From positions 1 through 64,000 of the forward strand of contig JAAILG010000642.1 of NCBI GenBank assembly GCA_012026655.1: a stretch of DNA of 64,000 nucleotides. The letters are read 5' to 3'. Shown here piece by piece: positions 1-11,776 of this stretch (its first letter is position 1; each line of letters opens with the position of its first letter). The DNA is from Hydrolagus affinis. Taxonomy: Eukaryota. Under the pieces are notes generated by a model, which saw nothing but the letters and a program-made list of their open reading frames with translations, was not told where the DNA came from and did no database searches. The position numbers were made by a program, and so were the translations under genes.

Positions 1-420
1 GGACAATTGGCTGCCGCGATTTGCCCACAAAATATAATAATAATAATCTTGCTTGCATTTGACGTGGCGCTTTTCATGTCTTCTAGGCGTCTCAAAGCGC
101 TTCACGGAATATACTGTAAAATGAATTGACTGTACATTTGTGGGCGAAACACAGCAGATAATTGCGCACAGCAGGCATCCCCACAAACAGTCGTGAATTG
201 AAATGACCAATTTTATTATTTTTTTTGTCTTGAGGGATTATTATTATTATCAATAAACATGTGGAGTAAGGAAACTCGCCCAAGATTTAATCTTGTACAA
301 TCAATTCACCTTACAGTGTATTCTGTGTATTCTGTGAAGCGCTTCGAGACGTCGCAAAGCCGTGATAAGGCGCTATATCAAATGCAAGGATTAATATTGT
401 TCCTATTATTATCATTAATA
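1..420 (+). mobile_element. Old plus-strand SINE 3' half (1-35 and ~296-420) interrupted by a minus-strand SINE copy (36-284)
   Basis: CAATTGGCTGCCGCG...CCCACAAAATATA at 1-35 resumes as TACAATCAATTCACCTTACAGT...GAAGCGCTTCGAGACGTC...ATCAAATGCAAGGATT after a reverse-oriented copy of the same family. Confidence 0.8.
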
Positions 421-555
421 CTAAATGAGGACCGGAAACTGAGAGCAGGGAATCTTCACATTCAGCTCCTGTTATCCTCACTAGCTGCAGTTTTAATGGG
501 TATGTTGGCTTGAAATCGAATATACAGCAGGAAACTTGCCGGACAGTACTCACAG

Positions 556-846
556 TGGTGAAGTTTTAGCCTCTCTGTCCCCCACACTCTGGAACTCCAT
601 CCCACGGTCCCTTCGCCTCGCTCTCTCCCTCGCCTCCTTCAAGGCTGATCTCAAGTCCCTCCTCTTCGACCATGCATTCTGCTGCCCTCCCAACTCTCTC
701 CCTCCCCTCCTAACTCTCTCTTACCCCTCCAAACTCTCCTACCCCTGCCCCTGTCCTTTGGTCAGGTCCCGTCCTGATTGTTTGGTGCCTCGGGACGTCC
801 CTCTGCCGTGAAAGGCGCTCTATAAGTGTAATTTTGCTGTTGTTGG
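556..846 (+). mobile_element. L2-clade LINE 3' end (5'-truncated)
   Basis: Translates as PTLWNSIPRSLRLALSLASFKADLKSLLF (L2 ORF2 C-terminus), followed by a pyrimidine-rich 3'UTR and the tail GGGACGTCC..CGTGAAAGGCGCTCTATAAGTGTAATTTTG(TTG)n. Confidence 0.85.
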
Positions 847-2145
847 TTAAGACTCCAGCAATACCTCCAATGCACACAGCAGGGTCCCCACCCTTGGCTC
901 TCGTCAACCTGCAGCTAATAATCTCCGGGATTAGGTCAAGGTAGTGCATCACTCCAAGGAGAGAGTGTGCGTTCCGCTCCATTCACAAGGATATTTCCAT
1001 GTGTGAGTGGCTGATAAAAGGAACGCTCAGTCTACTTTAGATACCCTTAAGCTTTAGTGACACGTGTCCGGGTGTGTCAGATCAAATAGCAAACTATTCC
1101 ACGTATCAGTTACGCATAAAAGGCACAAAATGACTCTGATGGTCATTCCAGATGTATTTTTTCTAGCCAGCTGTTGTCTTCTTCTTCTTCACCCACACAC
1201 TTCTTGTCATCTTGCAATGTATAAAAAATAATCCTTGCACATGATATCCTTGCCATTCCACTTTCATACCACCTGAAACGTTAACTCACTCTCTTCTCTC
1301 CCTAGATGCTGCCTGAGCTACTGAATTGCTGCTTTCATTTCTTGCCTGTGACATTGTGCCTTATGCCATCGTTGAGACGTCTCAAAGCGCTTCGCGGGAT
1401 TTACAGTAAAATACAGTGACCCGTGTATTTGCACTTATGTACACTTACAAGCAAGCACATGGCTTTTGACCTCACTGAAGTGTTCTTTATTGATTGTCTA
1501 AATGATTTGAGAGCGATATGATTGCAGAATGATGTAGCGTTTGGCCGTTCTTTCCACATAGCTTGTTGGATGTGAAGCTTTAACTCCTCTGGGACCAGTG
1601 AGTTGACATGGTAGGAAGAATGAAATATGGTTGAACGGAGACATATTGCAAACAGTTCTGGCAACTATCCAAACAAGAACTGATAGACTAGATTCAATTA
1701 TACAAAAAGGATATTTTTTTTCATCCCCGTATCAAAGTAATACGATGGAAACCTTTTCAATAGAAATGATATACAGCGGGAATTTTGCAAAGCACTACCA
1801 AGCTATTATTCACACACTGGAGCCCTCAACATATGTTCCATGGCTCAAGTAAACCGCTACAGCTTTTCCAGGAAGCACATTGTATAAATATTCCACAATT
1901 GAATGTGTGCTCATCTTAAATATCAAGTCCATTAATCATTTGGGATCATGAGCATGAAATGCACCCATTATATGGATATTAATTATATATTACAACTGCG
2001 TTTGTTGAAATGCCGTTGTTTAAAAGGGTAAACTTTCCTTAATCCCCCCCACTTTCCCACCCCGTCGCCCACCCCCAAGCCCGTTATTCCTTTTTGTGGT
2101 TTTCTCTGTCACATACACCAAGCATCTCTACTTCTAACCCTATAG

Positions 2146-2500
2146 CGCCAGCCTGGCTCACTTGGAAGGACGTCCAGCCGTGGGTCAGAAGGTTGTGGTT
2201 TCAGACTCCCATGTCAGGTATTGAAGTCATACAGTCTAGCCTGACACACTGATGCTCTGCGGATGAGAATTTAAACCGAGGTCCAATTTGCCTATCCAAG
2301 TGGACACGATTGTGCTATCTGGAAAGAGACGTTTATGATTCACTTTATGGCTATTCAGTTTATGGCGACATAGCAATGTGGACCGTGGCTGCCGTGTTTT
2401 CCTACAAAAAATATACGTTAACGACACTTGACAGTAAATCCTGTGAAACACTTTGAGACGTCTTTGCGACGTGCCTTACCGGATGAAAGAGTTATTATTG
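2146..2500 (+). mobile_element. Degenerate DeuSINE (SacSINE1/AmnSINE1-like)
   Basis: tRNA-like head AGCCTGGCTCA..TCAGAAGGTTGTGG, Deu-domain motif GGATGAGA..TTAAACCGAGG..AGTGGAC, then GGCTGCCGTGTTTTCC and an L2-type tail. Confidence 0.65.
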
Positions 2501-3612
2501 GTTTCGTTCTGCTGCTATAACCGTCAACAAAATGAAACAAAAATATGGCCTCAGAAAAGGGCAAAGTTATTTATTGTAAAAACTCGAGTGTGACAATCAT
2601 ATCTGCAATGTTTTTTTTTACTTAACTGTGTTTTTCTAAACTCAACCAATAATATCCCCAGTTCGAGGGCATCAATTCTGCTCAAAGGTGCAGTCAATCG
2701 GCCTACATTTTCATGAGATTTAATTTAGAACGGGAAAAAAAAACTTTTGTTCCGTTTTCGACTGATCCGCAAGAGTGTAACAAGATTCATCGCAAAAGAA
2801 ATTGGCCAGTGCACCCAATCAACACAAAAATATCTCGCCTTTTCAAAAGCAGCGGCATTTCTAGTTTGAACAGAAATCAAACCGAACCTCCGTCACCTTG
2901 TTAAATTAATTTATTCTCTTCCGCCTGGAAAAAAAAATTGTGTGGAACGTATATATTTCCATTGGTCGCGAACAACACAGCCTTTTTTTCAATCAGCAAT
3001 TTTCATTTCTTATTTACCGGTGTCGAAGGGTTAACATTTCAGAAGTTCTTCCCTCTATCAATCTCCATTTCAATTCTCCGTTAGAAGTGTTTCCTTGGTT
3101 CATGAATGCGATTATCATTGGAAATAGGTTTTAAGAAACACACATAGGGATACACAGCACACATGCTTTGAAAGCTTAAATAAAAGTGCCTCAAATTAAG
3201 AACAATCCTTGCAGTTGAGGTTCCACCCGCGGGACTGAAACCCCTCGAAGAGCTTCGTAAGCAAAATTGATGTCAAGTATAATGACTGTGGGTGTTTATT
3301 TTGGTAGGGTGTTAGTTCCGAAGATGAATCTACCACCACCAACAACGACATCAACAAACTTACACTTGTATAGCACGTTTCACATCAGGAGGACGCCCCG
3401 AGGCGCTGAGGAAGGCACAGCACAGTGGAAGCCCATTCAGCCCATTGTATCTGTGTTGGCTGGCTTAAAGAGTAATTCTTTCAGTCCCATCGGTATACAG
3501 TCTTTCACTGTAGATGCAAGTTAAAGTGACCGTCTCAGATGAGTTCTCTTGTGTTTGGAATGGAATATGCACTCTCTCCTTGGAGGATTGCATCCTGCTT
3601 ATCTAATTCCAG

Positions 3613-3920
3613 AATAAGAATCCTTGCATTTAAAAGAGCGCTTTTCACGTCTTCTAGACATCTCAAAGTGCACCACAGAATATCGTACACTGGTAAAGTC
3701 AATTGACTATATTTGTGGGCGAAACGCAGCAGCCAATTGTGCACAGCAGTGTCCGCACAAATAGTCGTGGATTGAAATGATCAATTTACAGTATTTTTTT
3801 TCTTGAGGGATTATTATCAGGCGTGTGGAGTAAAGAAACTTGCCCAAGATTTTGCCCTGACTGGAATCGAGCCCAGGTCTCGCTTGTAGGACAAATGTTC
3901 TAACCACTGAGCTGCAGGAC
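3613..3920 (-). mobile_element. tRNA-derived SINE, full length (dominant family; resembles Callorhinchus SINE2-1_CM from recall, unverified)
   Basis: On the minus strand: A box GCTCAGTGG, B box GCTCGATTCC, TTGGGCAAGTTTC, CTGTGCACAATTGGCTGC core, and tail AAATGCAAGGATT. Confidence 0.9.
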
Positions 3921-5553
3921 AATATTGTATGAATGAGCAATCTAATGCTGGATCCAGGACCTCAAATTAACAACAACAACAACAATAAAATTACACTTAT
4001 ATAGTGCCTTTCACATCAGCAATTAAAGGCTCTAATGACCTGGAAACATAATTTAAAAAAATCTAAATATTATGCACAGGTTGGCAAGAAAGAGGCTTGG
4101 GAGACCCCAGAATGTGCGCTGGGGGAATTGCCGGAGTCTAATCAGCTAAAACAGTACAGCTTACCATTGAAATTGCTGTCTGAGAAGCTTTAAAGGAGGA
4201 CAGTCACGTGAGGGTTTGCGCTTTATGTTCGGAACGAAAGAAACTTGGACTTAGCTTCCAGGTAAGTGCTGGCTGCACTCCATTCTTCTTCCTGTATCGT
4301 TAATCTGCTCCCTTCACACAGTGAAAATAAGAAGCAACAGGAGCGCTAATGGAAGATCTTAGTATCTTGACAGAGCCACAAAAGAGACCGGGCTGACTCA
4401 TGGGGAACAAGCGAGGGAAAGTTTTTCAACAGGAGCTATCCACGGCCATTTCATTGCGATCCATTATGGGCGAGGCAAATGTGTAAATAACTGAGAACAT
4501 TGGCTCTTTCACTAATGCCCTGGTTAAAGTGAAGCTAACATTGCGAATAGATGTCCTTTCGGTGAAAATAAAACACACTCGCTCACCTTACTGAATATCC
4601 CCGAGCCTGTAGCTGAGCGACCGCCAATTAATCTTTGCAGGGTTTAAGTGGACCTTCTGAAAAATGCTTTGGCTCACTCAGCGCCAGGCATTTCACAGGT
4701 CACTGGATGCTTCATTATAGGAGAAGGACATACAGCATGAGCAACATAAAAGGTTCAAGTCAGCTCATTTGTATTCGCAGTGTCTGCTCCGACAGCCAGC
4801 TCCTCTCACCAGCAATGTTTCAAAACCCAGCTCTTATAACCACTCACATTATACCACAGGATGTCCCCAGCAACTTCAGATCCAAGTTTTAATGGATTCG
4901 AGGCCTGCTAGGTTTGAAACAATTCAACCGAGTGTTTAGATAGATGTGTGGAATGCAGGCGCTGCGAGCTTGTTCGGATATTAAAGGGCTAGTACACTGT
5001 GGGATTGTTGTATTCTTTTGAAATCAAATGAAATAATGACTTCCAAGCCCTAGTTTTTTTTCTGTGGGTAGCTTTGTCTCAAATTGTTGCTGCTCAGGTG
5101 GGGAGGGGAATTGGTGGGTGAGTGAGGGGGTGGTAGGTGGGGTGGGAGTGGGTAGGGGTGGGTTGTGGATGGAATATCAGGTAAGATCTTGATTCCTGGT
5201 CTCAACATTGATCTTCATTGCCAGTCCATCCTAAGGACCTTTTTCGTTTCCGGTCAGCTGGGTGACTGACACATGCAGAAACCATCACCAGGCTTAAGAG
5301 CATCCAAACCAAACTTTAGAGTTCCATGCATCCCACCCATACGTGGAAGCTCCAGGGGTGTGTATTGGAATAGTATGTGCACTTTCCCTGTAGGGAGGTA
5401 CCCTGTTTACCTAATTCCAGTAGGCGCAGTATTAGATCAAGCCTTGAGGACCCTAGAATGTGCGTTAGGGGGTAATTGTTGCAGTCTAACCAGCTAAAAC
5501 CCTCAGAACTTGCCGTTGAAAGCACTATCTGGCAAGCTTTTCCGCTATTGCCT

Positions 5554-5884
5554 GAGCTGCTGCAGCTCAGTGGTTGGAGCACTCGCCTAATAAGCGTGAG
5601 ACCTGTGTTTCGAATCTAGGCAGGTCAGGTCAGGGCGAAACCTTGGGCAAGTTTCCTTACTCCACACGCCTAATAATAATCCATCCCCCCAAAAAATAAT
5701 AAAATTGGTCATTTCAATCCACGACTGTTTGTGGGCCATTTGCTGTGCGCAATTGGTTGCTGCGTTTCACCCACAAATATACAGTCAATTCACTTTACAG
5801 TATATTCTGTGAAGCGCTTTGAGACATCGATAAGATGTGAAAAGCGCTATATCAAATGCAAGGATTATTATTATTATTATTATT
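5554..5884 (+). mobile_element. tRNA-derived SINE, full length
   Basis: GCAGCTCAGTGGTT..TTCGAATC..CCTTGGGCAAGTTTCCTTACTCC..GCTGTGCGCAATTGG..GAAGCGCTTTGAGACATCGATAAGATGTGAAAAGCGCTATATCAAATGCAAGG(ATT)n. Confidence 0.92.
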
Positions 5885-6205
5885 TCTCCAGCAAAGACCA
5901 CCCTCTCTGTCAGAGATTTGATTTGCAGGGTTAACAGGAGCTGAGTGATAAGAATCCCCGCCCCAGTGACTGGTCTGCACTTCCAGATTCTGCCAATGAG
6001 CCTCTAACTCCTTGGGATGTCCTCCTGATGTGAAAAGTGCTATTCAAATGTAATTTAGTTGATTTTTGTTGTTGGTTGGATGCTGTGCCATCAGAGGTGC
6101 CCGCAAGAACATTTTGTTTCCTTAAAGAGGCTGCGAAATCGTGAAAGAAATTTCTTAAATCCTATCTCGCTTTGCAAAAGACGATTCCTTCAAACTAATC
6201 GCTAA

Positions 6206-6230
6206 CTCTCTCTCTCTCTCTCTCTCTCTC
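6206..6230. repeat. (CT)n microsatellite
   Basis: Read directly from the sequence. Confidence 0.95.
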
Positions 6231-6639
6231 CTGCAGCACCTCGCTATCACTTTGCATCACTGCCCAAACCTCCGGAGATGTGCAAATGGACGAGCGCGGT
6301 GTGCAAATAATTTGAGAGCGTCTCTGCTGGTGAAAAGGTCAAACGTGTTTAGAACTCGGGAGGAAACTTCCATCGGGTGAGTGAGTGACTGATTGACAGA
6401 TTGGAGCTGGGAATTTTTATTTTACAATTCCAGATTTGTAGGAAGAAATCCACCTCCGAGCTCATGGATTGTACAGGTCATGGAAGGTCTGACATCGGGG
6501 GATAGAGTGGGCAGACATGCCGGGCATTTTAAGTGAAGAACCACCTGGACACAAGCTACAGGCAATCTGTCGGGGTGGACTTGCATTTAGAAGGATGAGA
6601 GGTGGACTTTCATTTAGAGGCACAACGGCAACAGGAACA

Positions 6640-6900
6640 CAACAATAACTTGGATTTTCATAGCTCCCTCCACGCCGGACAGCGTCTCGGAGCGCTTCCC
6701 AATAACGGATCCTGGGGCCGAGCCATGGGGAGAAGGTGACCGAAAGCGCAGTCGAAAAAAAGGTCTTCAGCCGAGACCTGAAAGTAGGACGAGAGGTTGA
6801 GGGGCGAGGCGAAGGGAGTGAGGAAGGGAGTTCCAGAGGCGAAGGGAGTGAGGAAGGGAGTTCCAGAGGTGAAGGGAGTGAGGAAGGGAGTTTCAGAGCC
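6640..6900 (-). mobile_element. L2 LINE 3' end (second tail family) with an internal 30-bp triplication
   Basis: Minus-strand peptide LELPSSLPSP x3 then STFRSRLKTFF-like L2 terminus; tail GAAGCGCTCCGAGACGC..CGGCGTGGAGGGAGCTAT. Confidence 0.75.
6806..6895. repeat. Tandem repeat, 3 x 30 bp GAGGCGAAGGGAGTGAGGAAGGGAGTTCCA
   Basis: Units at 6806, 6836 and 6866, with 0-2 mismatches. Confidence 0.95.
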
Positions 6901-6954
6901 CAAAGGCCAAACTCCTCATAGATCACAAACCAACATCGAAAAAAATTCCCCAAT

Positions 6955-7185
6955 CAGATTCACAGAATTACACAGCGCAGAAAGAGGCCATCCAGCCCAC
7001 CGTGTCTGTGGCGGCTAACAACAACAACAACAACAACAACTTACATTTATATAGCGCCCTCCACACTGGGTGGCGTTTCAGAGCGCTTTACAATGGTGTC
7101 TGTACCGGCTCTTTGAAAAGAGCTGTGTGAATCAATCCCGCTCCCCTGCTCTCTCCCCATACCCCTGCAAAATTGTCCTCCTCTC
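6955..7185 (-). mobile_element. CR1 3'UTR fragment interrupted by an L2 tail stub (7017-7095)
   Basis: AGAGGCCATCCAGCCCACCGTGTCTG..GGCTCTTTGAAAAGAGC..CTCTCTCCCCATACCC matches the CR1 tail at 56964-57075. Insert flanked by GTGTCTGTGGCGGCT / GTGTCTGTACCGGCT. Confidence 0.8.
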
Positions 7186-7194
7186 TGAAACACA

Positions 7195-7410
7195 CAAGGG
7201 AAAGTGGCTTTAAGCACGGTCGAAGAGGAAGGCTTTCAGTCAGGCCTTCAAAATGGGGAGAGAGGGGGAAAGGCGGAGAGGTTGAGGGAGAGTGTTTCAG
7301 AGTTTGTGGGCGTAGTCGGGCTGAAAGCGCGATGTCCGACGGTGGGGTGGAGGAGGGTGGATTGGGGTGTGAGGAGGTCGGAGAGGGAGGGAGGTGCCAG
7401 GGAGTGAGTC
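7195..7410 (-). mobile_element. Degenerate L2 ORF2 C-terminal fragment
   Basis: Minus-strand PTVGHRAFSPTTPTNSETLSLNL resembles the L2 'GxRAFSxxAPxLWNSLP' motif. Confidence 0.65.
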
Positions 7411-8019
7411 CATTTCTCTATCCCACCTTGAGATAGCGAAGCCCAAACTGGAATGGTTGAAGTAGTTGCAGCATAAAGCAGGAATGAGTGAGTGAGGTCT
7501 CTATAGCACAGTAGCAATGCAGTGCACACAATTCAACTAGCATATCAGTCAAAAGTGAATTAAAGCTTGATGAAGAGAGTATTAAATTGTCTCAAAATTG
7601 AGTGGGGTGGGGGTGGGTGGGGTGGGGGTTGGCATTTTCACCAAAAGAGAGAGCTAAACCCCCTCGGCAACCCTAACGGAAACACACAATCGGGTGCAGG
7701 TGTAAATTTGTATTTTCTGCACCCAGTGGCAGGAACATTTTAATATTGTGCACCGCCATTTTAATATATATGCTAATGTGATGGCTGTTGCTGAACAGAA
7801 GCTGTCCTCCGATCCTACGGACACCTCCGAGTCAAACAGTTCTGGTAAATAGATCTCAGGGCAGAGTGGTGGGAGGGTGGGTGGTGGGGGGGAAACAAAA
7901 CACCAAGGAAAACACAAACACAGAAGAAAAACAAAAGGCAATTTGTGGAGTTTTTGAGTCAAGGTCAACAGTTTGCAATCTTTCTTTTAAGCAAAAAAAA
8001 GTTTTCTACTCTTATCAGG

Positions 8020-8350
8020 TGTGGCCCAGGCCTCAGAGGCAGTGCAGAGGAGAGCAACATGGATGATCTCCAGGGTTAGAGGAATGAGCTATCAGCGACG
8101 ATTGCACAAGCTAAAGCTCCTCAGCCTTCGGAGGAGATGTCTCGAAGGCGGAATCTGTTGGAGGGAGGTCTGCAAAATTATGAATGGGATTGAAATAGTA
8201 AACCCAGAACAATACTCTTGGATGCACTGAGATACTGGAACAAGGACGACACAGGCTTAGAGTTGCAAAGGAATGATTTCAGGACAGACACCAATAAGTA
8301 ATTGTTTACCCACAGGGTAATTCACGACTTGTGACCAGGTTGCCAGGAAG
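8020..8350 (+). mobile_element. Degenerate CR1 RT C-terminal fragment
   Basis: EAVQRRATWMISRVRGMSYQRRLHKLKLLSLRRRCLEG..EVCKIMNG is a typical CR1 ORF2 C-terminus. Confidence 0.85.
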
Positions 8351-11300
8351 CTGTCCAAAACACATCAGTGTAAAGAGTCTTGTGGTGCTGCATTAAGCCA
8401 GCGCGCATTTCTGTCGTTGGAGGAAAGGGCTGACAAAGGCGCATTAAGGCCACTTAATTATTAAATAGCTCTTGACTCGTATTGTTACTTTGACTAATTC
8501 TTTTGGTTATTAATAAGAAGGATATCCAAATTTAGCACAGCATTGCGCCTTTCAAGTTAGGAAGGCATCTGAAAGTTCTCCACGGGTTTTAACAATCGTT
8601 TGCTGGTGAACGTGGCAGGCAGTCAATTTGCGCGCAGCAAATTGTGACAGGACCAATTTTACCTGGGGAGATTGGTGGCCAGGACACCAGGAGAGAGATA
8701 TGGCCCCTCCCTTAGAGTTGTCTCCATCACAAACTCGTGCTGATCTCGCAAGGCTTTCGCTCTCAGCTCAGATCACAACGACTTCCTCTTCGACAAGTGA
8801 CCAGAGAGAAACACATCTATGCGCCCCAAAGTGACAACAGGCTGCGGAGCTAAGTTTTGGGGAGACAAGTTATGCTGGGGACTTTCGCCAACTCCACTAG
8901 TGCATCTGGCTTATCTTGCCGCTAGTGTTTTGTGAAAACCAAATGAATTAAGTTAAGCAATCAGATTCAACAGGCACAAGAGCTATACATCATGCAGTCT
9001 ACATCAGATGATCCTTCACACCATTATCAAAAGCATCTCATTTCTCATATAAAGTAATTTGTTCTGAACAGCCAGCTATCATGAAACGTTCTTTTGAACG
9101 AGATTACAGAATGCAAATCGTTTCTTCTCAGGATCATTAAAGTAAGAGATTATTAAAGAGAGAATCTTAAAGCAATTTAATTCCATCAATTCGATACAAT
9201 AAGGACAAGAATTAAACCCAAATGTGTCTGAATCCTATTCTTTCCTCTTACTCTGCCTCGAGAACAGTGAAAGCTCATCTAGACATTTATCACTATTACC
9301 TTAACCAAATTGCTACCACTCAATGTGATTAACAAAGTGTTTGGAGCTTGCGGCTCTGCAAAGTCCTTGCTGGTATTTTTTTTTCTCTCTCTGACTGAAG
9401 GGTTAGGCTAAGTTTTTCACGGTTTGAAAATTCGGGTAGAGCCAAACCTGGTGGGCCAAAAGTTGTCAGAAGACACACCATCTGCTAAGTAGTGTGTGGT
9501 TTTCCAATGAAACTTTTTAAATCTAAGTGATTTTAACTTTAGTAAGGGCAATTGTTTCTGGATGGTGAAGCCTAGGAGAGGAGATCTTTAGAACCTGGGA
9601 GTTTCCTCCTTAAGTGCATCCAACACAAGAGCTCGCTTTTCCTACGGTAAATCACAGGACTGCAGCTTATCCACTTTCATTTTCATCTCAGTGGCATGAT
9701 TTAAAAAAAATGTTTTTGCTACTGTTATTTCACTGACAAGTGCACCTGCCAAATTGCACTGAAGGAGATATCTTGCCAGATCGTATTATGAAATAAAAAC
9801 TGGTCACCGTAAAATGCTGGGGAGTGACATGGACAAGTTCCCCTCCCCTCCCCCCTTTCCATGTCATCGCGCCAGTCGTTCAATCCACCGCTTCCGCATG
9901 AGCTGCTACTTTAAACATCAAACCGACAAGTAAAATCTAGCCCAAAGGTGCAGGAAACAGCACAGAGTGAAGGACGTTAAATAGGATTAGCGCTAAATTG
10001 TTTCTCTCGAGTTTAGCGTTCGGACTTTGAGTATTCAAACAGATTTAGACATGGACCAGGGGCTCCGATCGGGCAGGTTTTTTGTATTATATTTAATGCA
10101 CATTATCGGAGCGGTTTCGTGTTTGGCTTTCAATTCCTGCACCATACAATAGGCATTAAAGCTGGGATGAAAGTTGTGTCATTTTCTACCTCGCTGACTA
10201 GGCGGGGACAGATGTGCGCCAGAGCACACGCAGTAAATCACTGGTGTCGGGGATGCAGTTTCATTACTGTGTGGGGTGAAGAGGTTAGCAAAGGCGAGCA
10301 TCATCGCTCGTGATACAGTGACTGTCGCTATCAAGTTGTGCTCCGGTCGCCTTATTCAGAAGCGCTAACAATTAACCATTCTAATGCGCTGACCTCAATT
10401 CAACATCGTACGATCGCACAATAAATCGAACTGTTATATTTGCCAGATGAGGTGAGCGTTTGCTTATTCTGGAGGAGAACAGCAACAGTTTATATTTGCA
10501 CGGCACTTCAGTGAGGACGTCCCAAGGCACTGGGATTTGCACTCGAGCTGTGGGTGGGTGGGGGGGGGGCGGGGGGGAGTTTGGGATCAGGAGTGGGGTG
10601 GGGGGGCAGGAGTTAGAGGCACTTGGAGAAACTCCCTTCGTTTTGTCAGTCACACACTAGTTGGGCCACAACAAGGATCGTAGGAACACTGGAGTGATGT
10701 TAGCGTTCATCTCACTGTAACGCAGGCTTCGCCAAATTCTTTTAAAGTCTCCCTCGCAAAAGTTTCTGCTGTCTTGACAGTTTCAGATCTGTTTTGGAGA
10801 TCGGAAACTGTTTCGCGGAGAAATTCAATTCATTTCAATCCAATAACAGCTGGTGGCCTCTTGTCCTCCCATAGGCAAAATGGGTCCAACTGGCCCACCA
10901 CTAGTTTACGGAGCCCAGAATTGTATGTGCTGAGATTTTCCACAAACTTAGTGCTGCAATCGAATTATGCAGTAAATCTACGGAGATCATTTAAAATTCT
11001 GTCAGCGAGGTAGCAAAGACTCAAAAGGCATAAAAATCAAATTAGCATGTAAATGTGATGTAGCCACAATGCAGAGATTTGACCTGTGGCTGACAGGCTA
11101 GGAAGAATTGCACTTAGTATTTGACCGTGCTGTTTTGCATTTGGATTCATGTTCGTATAAGGGGGTAAAAGTGCCTCATTCTTTTTTTTAAATTTGTATT
11201 TAAAATTTCCAAATTAATTCCATTCTCATTACCCCTTCAAAAGAAAATATCAAAAAAAATTAAACATAATAATTTGGTCCCTCGATCCACGGGTGTTTGT

Positions 11301-11776
11301 AGGACACGGCTGTTCGCAACTGGCTGCAGCGTTTTCCCCCCCCAGAAAATACGCGACCAATGCACATTGCAGTATATTCTGTGAAGCACTTGGAAGTGTC
11401 TCAATGATATGATAAGATGCTATATCAGAAGGAAACATTATTATTATCGTTATAAAACTCAGTGGTAATACCTCTATTGTAAGAATAGGAGCTCGGCTGT
11501 CACTAAAGCTCAGGCTGGGATGCTATCCTGTGTGAGGGGCACTATATAAGTACAAGTTGTTCTTGTTGTGGGACGTTCATTGCAGCAAGTAGCTAAATGG
11601 CATAGTTTCCATGGACTATGTTAAAATGTAGTGGAACGCAAGTTAAGAGTTCCAAGTGACTCAAGGGGGTAGTAGCAGTGGGGGCTTGTATGATGTGTAG
11701 CATGGACTAGTTGGGCCAAATGGTCTGATTCTCTTGCCAATGTAACTTAATTCTAACCCTTTGTGGTGGTGTGAAG

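Noticed and set aside
5098-5168. G-quadruplex-forming G-rich tract (similar at 7603-7630, 10551-10606, 21717-21749)
   Set aside because: Such tracts are common here, several derive from L2 3'UTR remnants, and nothing indicates function.
6462-6953. 163-aa ORF with LPSSLPSPLE repeats
   Set aside because: It arises from the 30-bp triplication inside an L2 remnant.
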